From positions 124,001 to 188,000 of the forward strand of contig JBLDXI010000073.1 in assembly GCA_047495785.1 (NCBI GenBank): a stretch of 64,000 bases of DNA, read 5' to 3'. This DNA is from Lepidodermella squamata. Taxonomy: Eukaryota; Animalia; Gastrotricha. The notes beneath the pieces are model-generated. The model ran no database searches, was not told the origin of the DNA, and was given only the letters and a program-made list of their open reading frames with translations. Shown piece by piece: positions 50,325-60,720 of the stretch; within the stretch, counting starts at the first letter, position 1; each line of letters starts with the position of its first letter. The translations under genes were made by a program, and so were the position numbers.

Positions 50325-50437
50325 TCTTTAGTCCACAAATTTACGTTCTAACCTCAAAATGAGAATTGGCCAGTTCGAGATTGTCCCTTTTATTGAAACA
50401 AACCCTATCCTCGCAATATTAATTTGAATAAAGCGAT

Positions 50438-50991
50438 TTAGTCCTTCTGAATCTTTTTGGCCAGCTTCGATATTTTCGTGGTTGATTTCTTAGCAGAGCG
50501 ATTCGCATTTTTCTGAGGCTTTCCGTTTTTCTTCGAAATCTTAAATTTTGTGGTTGCCTTGACGCCAGCTCTCCCAGCAGTTAGTTTCGAAGTCGAGGCC
50601 TTCGACTTGCCCGAAGATGTAGTATGGGCTTTCTTCTTCTTTTTCGAAACAGCAGTTAGCTTTCTGCGTCGATTATCATTTTTTTCAGGCTTCAACATCG
50701 AAGAATTCATTCGCATTAGAATCTCGAGGTACTTCTCCCTAGATTCGAGAAGGTATGGCCGTTTGAAACAATGGACACCAGCGACCTTTTTCCGAACAAT
50801 GAAAAATGATTAACAATCACAACTTTGGAGCTTACTGTTTCAGTTTTTTCAGCATCGCATTTAGCCAGCGCATCAGCTTGATCTTTACCGATAAACGTTT
50901 TGATGTATTCCTGTCCATCTGGGCACCATTTGACGTCTTCGTTGCAGGAATGAACTTTATGGACACAGTCGTAGCACAAGACAGCCGCCTA
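50438..50991 (-). CDS. Partial gene: Cys/His-containing exon followed by a Lys-rich basic C-terminal exon; 5' end not located
   Basis: Acceptor tttag near 50992, VLCYDCVHKVHSC...KTET|gtaag, then aag|VAGVHCFKRPYLLESREKYLEILMRMNSS... in frame with the Lys-rich ORF 50438-50716. Confidence 0.45.
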
Positions 50992-51095
50992 AAGGATTAT
51001 TGGAATGACTTAAAGTAATTTATCAAGAAATTCCTAATTCGAAGTAGTCAGGGGTCTTAGAGCTCTAGAAATGAGAATTGCGCCTAACTGATTAG

Positions 51096-51716
51096 TCATG
51101 AACCTAACCGCTCTGTGCAACTAACCTTGTAATCCAAGCAGCCTTTCTTGGTCAAAAACTTCTGGCCGCGTGGAGCTTGGTGTTCGCCCAGATTAGCCAA
51201 GCAATCGATACCAGGCGACTTACAAAACGCTTCATTCCCATTGACACACCGCACCCGGGCTCGTTTCTCAGTCATTGTTTCATTGATCAGCTTGACAATT
51301 TTCGTCATGTTAGCGTCCTTCGCTACAACCAACGGGCATCGCCATTTGTTATCATGAGCCGTTAGAGTGTCCCCTGAATGTACCAAGTACTTCGCCAGGT
51401 CGTAATGGCCAAGTTGAGCCGCGATCATTAAAGGGGTCAGCCCGTGTTGGCCCTCATGAACTTCGATGACTGCGCCGTGTTTTACCAGAAATTTCGCGAG
51501 TTCGTCGTTGTTATGAGCAGCAGCATAGTGTAGGATGTGCTTGCCGTGGTTCGTCTTGGCATTCACGTTAACCGACGAGGCTTTCATGAACTTTTGAATC
51601 GCTGATTTGTCGTTACGCATGGCGGCTTCCAGGAGATTTCTGGGGTCTCGAGCTTCTACGGCCCGACCTATAACCATCAGAAGAAGCAAAGTAACTGGGA
51701 GGATTCTATTTGCCAT
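51096..51716 (-). CDS. Intronless secreted ankyrin-repeat protein with a Cys-rich C-terminus
   Basis: Signal peptide MANRILPVTLLLLMVIGRAVEA; ankyrin motifs GKHILHYAA and GLTPLMIAAQLGH; five C-terminal Cys. Confidence 0.85.
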   Translation of the reverse strand: MANRILPVTLLLLMVIGRAVEARDPRNLLEAAMRNDKSAIQKFMKASSVNVNAKTNHGKHILHYAAAHNNDELAKFLVKHGAVIEVHEGQHGLTPLMIAAQLGHYDLAKYLVHSGDTLTAHDNKWRCPLVVAKDANMTKIVKLINETMTEKRARVRCVNGNEAFCKSPGIDCLANLGEHQAPRGQKFLTKKGCLDYKVSCTERLGS

Positions 51717-51779
51717 GCTTGTAAAATTACGGAAAAAGCCGGAGATGAGAAAAACGGCTATGCTAGCTCTCCGGGAGTA

Positions 51780-53606
51780 CAGTGCTCCCTCGTTAGTGGC
51801 ACCCTCGTTAAAAGAACTCCCTCGTTAATAGACCGTAATTTTGGACCCTGCTAAATAAATTAGTTGTAAATTTTTAATTAAACAAACAATAATTATTGGA
51901 TGAATAACCAAAATTAAGTGTGAAAAATTAGCGTTCCTAGAAACCTAGCGGCGTGTTGTCGTGGTTTTGAGAGATCTAGTTATTTCCAGTTCAGTTAAAA
52001 CGAGTTGAAAGATCATCAGTGCATTAGGCTGTTCTTGTGGCTTTGAAATGACTGTGATTATGCAACAGAGTGTGTGGATTAGCTGCCACTCAAGTCGTGC
52101 TGCGAGTCGTCCCGCTTTTTTAGTTGAAATTCCACCAGAAATTACGCCAGTTCATCAGAAAACAATTAATAATTCGTTTCAACATCTATAAAAATGCCCG
52201 TCTATCTTCAATCTTCTTGATTTGCTGATTTTTCTGAAATCAATAGCTGATCAATTATACACCCATTGAATTGCCCTGATTTATCATGTTTTAGCAGTTT
52301 TCCCGGCCAGAAAAGCTTCTTAAATTTATCAACATGATCGAATTAGGATTAGAAATCGTGACTTTTGTCAGGAAAAATTGAAACATCGTGGTATTTGTTA
52401 ACGATTCTGTAGTTATTTCTCCAATTTTGGAAGAACCCCGCTGGAATAAACCGTGAGCCGTGGGAAATGACTAGCAAAATCCAGGTATTTCTAGTCGAAA
52501 ATTATTGAATTTTCAACACTATAGTGATGATTTTTTTCCAGTTTTTCCAAAACTATTTCCCAGCTGTGTTGCGTCATCAAGCGAAGAATTAAGTCCTTGT
52601 TTTCAGATTTAATTGAATTTAGATACACAGATTAATTCTCATAATAAACCGATTTCATCGTTCGAGTTGTCCTGAGTCATTGGAATTATTAGCCGATTTT
52701 TGATAGTCTATAGGCCTGATCTAAGCATGAAACTGGCTGCCACTACTCTACGATTTCAATGCTCAACGCCCTGGCAATTTTCCGGGTTTTTTCACAACTG
52801 TTAATCATTCGATTTTGACTTTGAAAATCGCAACATCCCGAGGAGGGGCGGCGGGAGCTTCTGCCCGATTTTTTACCTTGCTATGATCTTAATAGGTCAG
52901 TCGAATGAAAATCAGATCGCCTGAGAAGATATAAATTTATTCCATGCAATCAAAACACCTATCGAATCGTTCCTTGTTGACGGAACCACACGTCTTATGC
53001 CTTGAAATTGGTCCGTGATTGCTCAATGCCATTGATTCGATGAATTTAAAAAAGAAAAAGTCAGGTTAGCCGCGAAGAAATTATCGAGAATACATCTTAA
53101 TTGTTTCAAATTTCATATTAATTATTTCAAATTATTTAAATAATTGTACGAATTTTAGGCGAAGCATGAGTTCTGAATTGAACACTGCATTGTCTTGAGA
53201 ATGTTAGGCTGAATTTGCTGGTAATTTATTCAGAAGTATTCTGGTCAATCTTGACCAAGGTGATTGATTTTTGATTGAGCTGTTATTTCATGAAATGAAA
53301 TTTTATTGCGAAATCGGACGAGCTGGGCTAATCAGTCAAATCAAAACCGCCCTGGCAAATAAGAATAAAAACTTGGCGACGAACTTATGATTCAGTGTTA
53401 TTGTTTCACAGCCTTCAGCGAGCGAAAATTGTAATGACACGTAATCCGTGTCCGTCTCTTTCTGCGCGTTGGCATGGCAACTGTCCTGAGGCGTAGAAAC
53501 GGTCTATTTTTAGCTTCTGCATTCAATTACAGCCCTCGTTATAGCTTTCCCTTGTTAAAAGACCGCGTCTGGCTCCCGACTCAGTGCTTTTATCGAGGGA
53601 GCACTG
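51780..53606. mobile_element. pogo/Tigger-like (Tc1/mariner superfamily) DNA transposon, degenerate
   Basis: TA|CAGTGCTCCCTCG ... CGAGGGAGCACTG|TA terminal inverted repeats with TA target duplication; subterminal CCCTCGTTA repeats at both ends; no intact ORF. Confidence 0.85.
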
Positions 53607-55823
53607 TATTCAGCTCACGTTTCATGTACATATTTCAGCTAATCCGCTGAGCATCGCACGTTGAGTCCACCTTCAATTTGAGCTGATTATTGTGTTGGCA
53701 GGTGAAACCAAAAAAGCCTTGAGGTCTTGATGAATCTTCAAAATTTTCTACAATTTTACCTGATTGGCAAAAACGGCAAAAATGTTTTACCATCTCTGGC
53801 CGCTCCGGGATCCAAGATCGCACCCTGCCTCGGCAAACGTGGATACGAACGTTCAGAAGAGAAAGAAAGTAATAAGTAATTCGTCCACAAATGAGGTCAA
53901 AAGCTGCTGCAGCAACGGTTTTGCACTCGAAACTAAGAATAACTGTCAGGCCAGCTGCGAAATGTCTTCCAATTCGCACTGGCAGCCTATACAGTAATGC
54001 TCGAGTTATGTTATGAATAAAATTATGAATAATATTTCCTATGATATGGTACTTATTATGATCAGTTTTATTATTATTATTTTACCACTGGTGCCAGCTT
54101 ATACCCTATTATACCCTACCGGAAGCAAAACTGATTTCGCGATATCTTCGTTATTATGATAGATAGAGGCTTGAAACTTTGCTTTCAGGGGTAACTTTTG
54201 CCGCTGAACAAGCTGGTGACATCAGCTTCACAGCATTCCACGCCCATTATCGATTATCGATTATCGGTTATTGGTGATCAGCTGACTGATTGACATTAGC
54301 TCAGCTATTTTCGATTGTTTCTTGAGAGCTTAGAGCTTATATCTACAATCGGCTACATCATAAGCATGTGTTAGGGAACCCTGATCTATATTTTTTATTC
54401 TCCGATATGCCATTTATGTTAAATCGTGGTATAAACACTGTTCGACCTGTGTAAACCCTGTTTTTTCAATTTTTTCGAATCTGTTTAAACAGCTGTTTAA
54501 ACAAGTCCAACCCTGGTTGTGCTGCATTGGTGAAAATTACATGAAACTTTAAACATTTAATCGAGCGAAGCGCGGAAATTTTGAGGATTCTCCACTTGAA
54601 AAGGCTTGGAAACCTCTAAAAAACGAGGTTACAGCAGCCTTTTCCAGGCCTTACTTTGATTTTGATTGTTACATTTGTGCCGATTGGTTGCTGCATTGTA
54701 ACATGTGTAACATGCTTAAAAAACTATGAACAAGATATATCTCTATAAAGTATTTCGATTATTTAGTAAAAGCATCGTTTCGGATATGTTAACAAAGGCT
54801 AGAAAAGCTTCAATTGCCTTAGCGTGCCTTAGCTTCCTGCTGCTAATCCTGCTGTTAATCTCTCGTTGTGGTGATCGGTTTCCAGCCAAATCACTACCAA
54901 GATTACGGTCAACTGTCACCATATCCTTATCTGAGCTTCTGTTTTCGATCCGAGTCCGAGGTCCGAGTGCGAAGCCACTTTTGATTTTTCTTCGTTCGTT
55001 GAATCCTATCTTTGAGGCCTATCGGGGTAGTTTGGAAGGTGGAAGGAAGCTTATTCAATCTTTATTTTTATTGATATCGAAATACTGGCAATAGTATTCG
55101 AAATTTGCTAATGCAGCTGATTTCGCTGAACCGATGGTTGAGCCTCGGTAGAAGACAGCAAAAGACGACGGCATCGATCAGGATTACATGGATTCAATTT
55201 AGGCGGCGAGCTTGGCCTCTCCTTGTTATCGCAAGGTAGAACCACCTTAAATCCTTTCGTTGCCTCATTCGGCATTTTGAGAGTTGACTGGGTAACTTGG
55301 TCAAGTTTAATTTTATTGAGAATTTCAACTGGAGGATGAATCATTTATGTATCTGATAAGTCTCTTTCCCACTTTATCATCCAACTCAATTCACGATCAC
55401 AGAAACTGCTCGCAAAGACTTTCTCCTTATTTCCTTATCCATATAAGTCATTTTCCTTATGTTTCCAGCTGGGCTCACTGGTGCGGGAAGCGAAGTTATA
55501 TTTATTTATTTATCTATTTATTATATGTTTCTACCTTAAATATATTTATTTTCAAAAGCTCCATCCAGGCGTCGCATTAAATAGTCGTAAGAGCTGAGAG
55601 ATGAGCCCCTAATGTGGCGAATCTATCAGAAAAAACTTCTGTTGTGTAGTCCGCTTGATGTTTCATTTCTTAATTGTAACCAATGATATATTAATTGATT
55701 GATAATATGAAGTTCATTTTATTGAGACTTCCAACTGGAACATGAATCATTCTTGTATCAGGTAAATCTTTTTCCCATTCTATCATCCAACTCACTTCAC
55801 AAAACACTTCTCCGAGATAGCAA

Positions 55824-57915
55824 TTACGCAAACCACTCGCATAAGACTTGAAATACACTGGCTTCACAAGGCATTGCTGAATAGGCATAGGCGAGGCTCA
55901 CATAGTTGATAACAGCGCAGTCACCGCCAGATGGCCTAAACCAATACGTTCCGGCCAAAATTAAATCCGAGCCATCTTCCCATTTGAACACTCCTTGCTG
56001 CAGAGTCAGACCGATCCACGCGTATGTGCCCCGATAAGTGAACAGCGCTACATCGGCCGCGGCCAGCTCATCTGCTGATTTAATCGTGCCTATCGTGGCA
56101 TTGTTTTCGACGCATTTCGACGCGGCAGTGGTCTTATTGGTGTTAACATACAGCACCAAGTACTTCTTGACCACAGCCTTGCACGTGTCCTCGTTCGGAT
56201 AGTCGACATTGGGTGGAGTTCGAACCTGTGTTTCCGCATCACAGCCTGTCGACTCGGTTACGCAGTGAGCCGTCCCGTCAGATTTATCGACGCAGCGGAC
56301 ATAAGACTAGAAAACAGCGCAACATTTTATTTCGACACTATACAAAACCTATCGAAGCGCTATTTGATATCACGAAATTATTTGTTATGCATATTACCAA
56401 ACATGAGATATCGGGAATCGAAAAATTGAACTTACAGGAGGCGATATATCATTGATGCACTTGTCGTGGTTCAGTTGGAAGCTCTGCGAGTCCGAGAACA
56501 GCTTAGCCTGCCACAGAAAAAACTTAGGTTTTACTTAAAACATTAACTGAGCCGCGTTACTTGAGATTGGTCTTGAGGACAGGCTGCGTAGCAAGACAAA
56601 CGGTTGGATGAATCTTCGCACGACACGGCATTCTGTTGGGCAAGCGAAACCGTATTATTAGGTGCGAAAACAGACTTGATAACTTACCCCAAGCAGGCAT
56701 GTTGCACGGTTGATGTAAACTTTGTTCGAGTATTGCTGAGTTTCATTGCTGGCTGAACAGCCGGGGCTTTGCGGTCGGCAGTCGTTGAACTTGCCCGTTG
56801 TCGAATCGAAGCAGCGGATGTGCGGCTTCTCGCTTACAGGGACTGAGACTGGAATCCACATAAAACACATTCGGAAGTGATAATTAATTTTGGAAGCTCT
56901 TTTTACGGCTTCAATTTATTACCGCTTTACTATAAGTATTACGGCTTCAATTTATTACCGCTTTACTATAAGTATTACGGCTTCAATTTATTACCGCTTT
57001 ACTATAAGTATTACACAATATCAACGCACCCGTTCCATTGACACAAGACGTGAGATTGGGAAACAAAGTTGAATCGGTAACCTGTAGATAAAGAATAACC
57101 AAGATTCACAAAACGAACTATTTGAGGCAGAAACACAAGACTACAACTTTGATTAATAGAAAATCACTCACCCAGTTCTCGGGGCAGGAAAACGGGTCGG
57201 GAACACATGTCATAATGGCGTTGCTCGAGGTGCAGCGCCTGAATGCCAAAGTCTTCAGTAAAAAATGTATATCACTAAACAAAATGCTCAAGATTCCCAA
57301 CAGTCCTCACGTCGAATACAGCTTTCTTTTTCTCGCATTCGTTGAGGTTGAAATTCAGGCTCAAAGTGGGCTGCTGGTCGTCGAACCAGAACGTCTGAGA
57401 CAGAGGTAATCATTTTAAAATAATTATATCTCAGGATTTTAGCCCCTATCTTTGATTCTCTAGATTGTACTTGTACGAATTATATGGAATGATGCTTACA
57501 TTCATATCACCCGGATTGTTGCATCCAACGTTTCCGGGAACGCAGAACGGGGTCAGAGCCGCGTATTTGTAGCACATTCGGGCGTTCTGAAAAGAAATCA
57601 GAATGAAATTACTAAAATATAAATTAGCCGATGAATAAACAGACCCCGGTGTTGCAGACGCCGATTGTTCGGAACGTTCCTCCCCACTGACGGAATAGAC
57701 ACACTTGAATTGGCAAGGCTATGTTTTACGATTGAATTGAAACGAACCTGGAATTCTTTCAGTGGATCACAGCCATTGGCAGCTTCAACACAGCTGGTGA
57801 ATCGGTTGCTCTGCCGCGAGAAGCAGCGAACCCAGTTCAACGGCTTGCTGCCCCAAGCAACGTCGCTCGAAGCAAGCATCAGCGCCAACAATACAGCGAA
57901 GTAATAAGCCGTCAT
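55824..57915 (-). CDS. Secreted multi-exon protein: Cys-rich RCF modules + one C-type lectin domain (paralog of 7668-10609)
   Basis: Signal peptide MTAYYFAVLLALMLASSDVAWG. Modules WVRCFSRQSNRFTSC and HIRCFDSTTGKFNDC. Exon NARMCYKYAALTPFCVPGN matches TARLAYKFMALTPICRPGN of the paralog. CTL motifs AWIGL..FKWEDG..DCAV..PCE...VLCE. Confidence 0.8.
56903..57014. repeat. Intronic minisatellite, 36 bp x 3
   Basis: ttacggcttcaatttattaccgctttactataagta is repeated three times. Confidence 0.9.
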
Positions 57916-58707
57916 TTAATTAGGCAAATTTCAATTTTAAAGCTACAAAAAATTGAATTCGGCGAATTAAGGATTTTAACCGCTGAAAAATATCCCTAAA
58001 TTCAACTATTATAAACTATGAAACTATTTTCATTAAAAAATATAAGGTTTGAAGTATAGATAAATTTTGATTTAAATTAATTTGTTTCATCTTTTACTGA
58101 ATACAAATAAAAATTAATTTTCATAAATTAAGAAAAATTCGAAGCCCTAAATTCAAGGGCCGCTTTGTTAATCGCTGGTACGACTTTGTAGTAGATAGCA
58201 GAATTGTTAAAAGCATAACCTGTAGCCATCGCCAGCCGCTAAATTAGTTGAAACCGCGATCATTAGCAAATGAAAACCATATTGGTAAAGGAATTACGCG
58301 AAAAATTCAAAATTTCTAATAGTTGCAAATTGAAAATGAATGTTTATGAGCTCGCCTCGAATCGCGTGGTCACGGCAACTTCTGAAAACGTGTCCGAAAA
58401 CAATGCTTTTCCAATCACGTGTTCATCAAAAACATGTTTGTTGATTGATGCTGTCTTTTCACAGAATAATATCCCACTTTTTGCGCAGCGCTGAAACCAA
58501 ATTTAACATGAGCGTAAACAATAATATTTTATTATTTTATTTTTTACGCAAGATCTCTCCATTCAATTGATATAGAATTGATTGCATTTTTCCTAATGGT
58601 TAGTAAAACAGCCACGAAATTCGAAAATAGGATCATCAGCCATAAAACTGCGGGCTTGAATTTTAATAGCATTTACTTGGAATATTCGAAATTCTTATTG
58701 ACATTCT

Positions 58708-58776
58708 TATTTATTTATTTATTATTTATTTATAAGCTTTAACGCCCAAAAGAGGGCAGCTTGACAAGAGGTAATT
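58708..58776 (-). mobile_element. 3' tail of the same non-LTR element family as at 45452
   Basis: (TTTA)n followed by about 45 bp near-identical to 45470-45513. Confidence 0.55.
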
Positions 58777-59589
58777 TAAAAGTGAAACATGTAATTGCAG
58801 GACAGTTTACAGATGAATAGGACATGAATAGGAGCTTCAGCCAACGCTGTATCTGAAGAGGAGTGACTAAAACTGAACCAAATTTTCGCAATATTCAAGC
58901 TTTATGGAATCGGCGACCCACGGAAAAAGGTCCCGGAATCAAAAAGTCGCTATTACAATTCAAGTTGACAGTTGGGTGTGGCATGTTTAAACCGGTTTGT
59001 CGAAACAAATCAGACAGATTACGACTGCGGTCAGCAGTGGGCGTCTTCCGGGTTCCGGGCAGCCAATTGGCAGTCGCTGCTTGTCTGTATGATTTCGGAC
59101 ATTTTTGCAATTTTTTTGGACAGTTTTTTCTAGCCCTGGCTCTCAGATGCTGTCGGGTTACTTTGTGATTGTGATTGATACCTGCGGCGCTTCAGATAAA
59201 ATAGCGTGAGAAATTGTTCATTAACCCGGGCCGAGAAATCGTTAAAATCTGCGAACATCTCTTTCCTTTTATATTTATCAAATCAGCTGTTAAAAAAACA
59301 GAATGTTGAGCTATCGACGTCACCTCAGCAGAATATGTCGATGCAAGCTCTTGCAGAAAATCTGATCAACAACGAGCAATTTAAAGCTTTGATCTCGAAG
59401 ATTGTCTGCGAAGCTATCACGGCCGCCCTGTCCACGCACTTCAGCATAGCTTTGGAAAATACGAACCCCGCAGGTATTATCAATGGGTTAACAACTATCC
59501 TTTCGGCAGCATCTGCTGCGCACCCGCCCCGCTCGGCCTAGCCCATGGCCGAACCTACCAAGGCAGTCGACGTCGGAGACTGGGGCCTA

Positions 59590-59910
59590 CCTGAATCCTA
59601 TCGACCAGTCGCCCTGCTGCCATCACTTGGCAAGTGTCTAGAACTGCTCTTCATAAAAGTTCTCTTCGATTTTCTGGTAAGCAAAAACCTGCTGCCGCAA
59701 CGTCAGTTCGGCTTTTGGCAAGGTCGCAGTGCCTAAGACTCCACCTTCAGGCTCGTCAACGACGTTGCCATGGACATTGGAAGCTCGTCACAGCTGCCTT
59801 AGACTTCAAGAGTGCCTTCGATATCGTCTGGCACAATGACATAAGCTGATTGTCCTCGAGCCTAAAATTCGTTGGGTGGCCGACTTTTGCGCGGCCGTTG
59901 CTTCAAGCTT
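59590..59910 (+). pseudogene. LINE reverse transcriptase fragment (stop and frameshift)
   Basis: SYRPVALLPSLGKCLE, QFGF..GRS* and ALDFKSAFDIVWH are non-LTR RT motifs split across frames. Confidence 0.85.
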
Positions 59911-60720
59911 ATTTGAAAATAAGCAAAAGAATTGATCAATTTGAAAATCGAAAATCGAAAAACATCAAGAAAATCATCAAGAAAAGCCAGGAATTCAAGA
60001 ATTTGAATGTCTTGAAATGAAAACACTTTTTGCGTTTTGCTGCAAAATACAAAAAATTCGCCAAACCTCACATTTGACCCTTGTTATCGGTCACGTTTCC
60101 TCAGTCGAAAAACAACGTTTGAAGCGACAAAAGCTTGAGACTTTCCTCGCTTGCGAATCGCAAATTTTTCGGAGTAAGGCAACTGTGAGCTCGTCGTCCA
60201 ACTAATTGTCGCCAAGCCCTACGCGATCGTGCAAATTAGAGGTAAATATCCGCATTGCCATGATGCGGCAGTGTGCGAAGTAGAATCCGGGAACGGAGGT
60301 TTTCCTCGGTTTCTACGGCATCCAGCCGAAGAAACCACAGACCCCCCTCCATCTTGTGGTTTTTTCATACCGGAGTCCCACGGGTCCCGAAGCTGGGATG
60401 TTGTGACACCCCAGCAACCCTGTACTTCGCAACCTGATCCTCCCGGTGAATCTACACAGGTATGTGTCTAAAAATAAGCCCATCACGCATTTGAGTTAGA
60501 GTTTAGCAATTAAATTGCCCTGATCGAATATTGCAGCACCATGCACCATTATTCTTTTTCTTCAGCTGTCCTTGAGCCTTGAGCAAGGCTGCAATTTTCA
60601 TATAGCTTCATTGCGAAATTCTCACTGACGCAATACGAGCGAATTTTCCTTAAGCTAATTACTCAGGGCTCGATTCTATATTAAAGAAATCAATCATTGC
60701 ATTTCCAGTCACTGTCAAAA

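Noticed and set aside
53635-55344. Short ORFs as coding exons
   Set aside because: I could not build a consistent spliced frame or recognise a domain.
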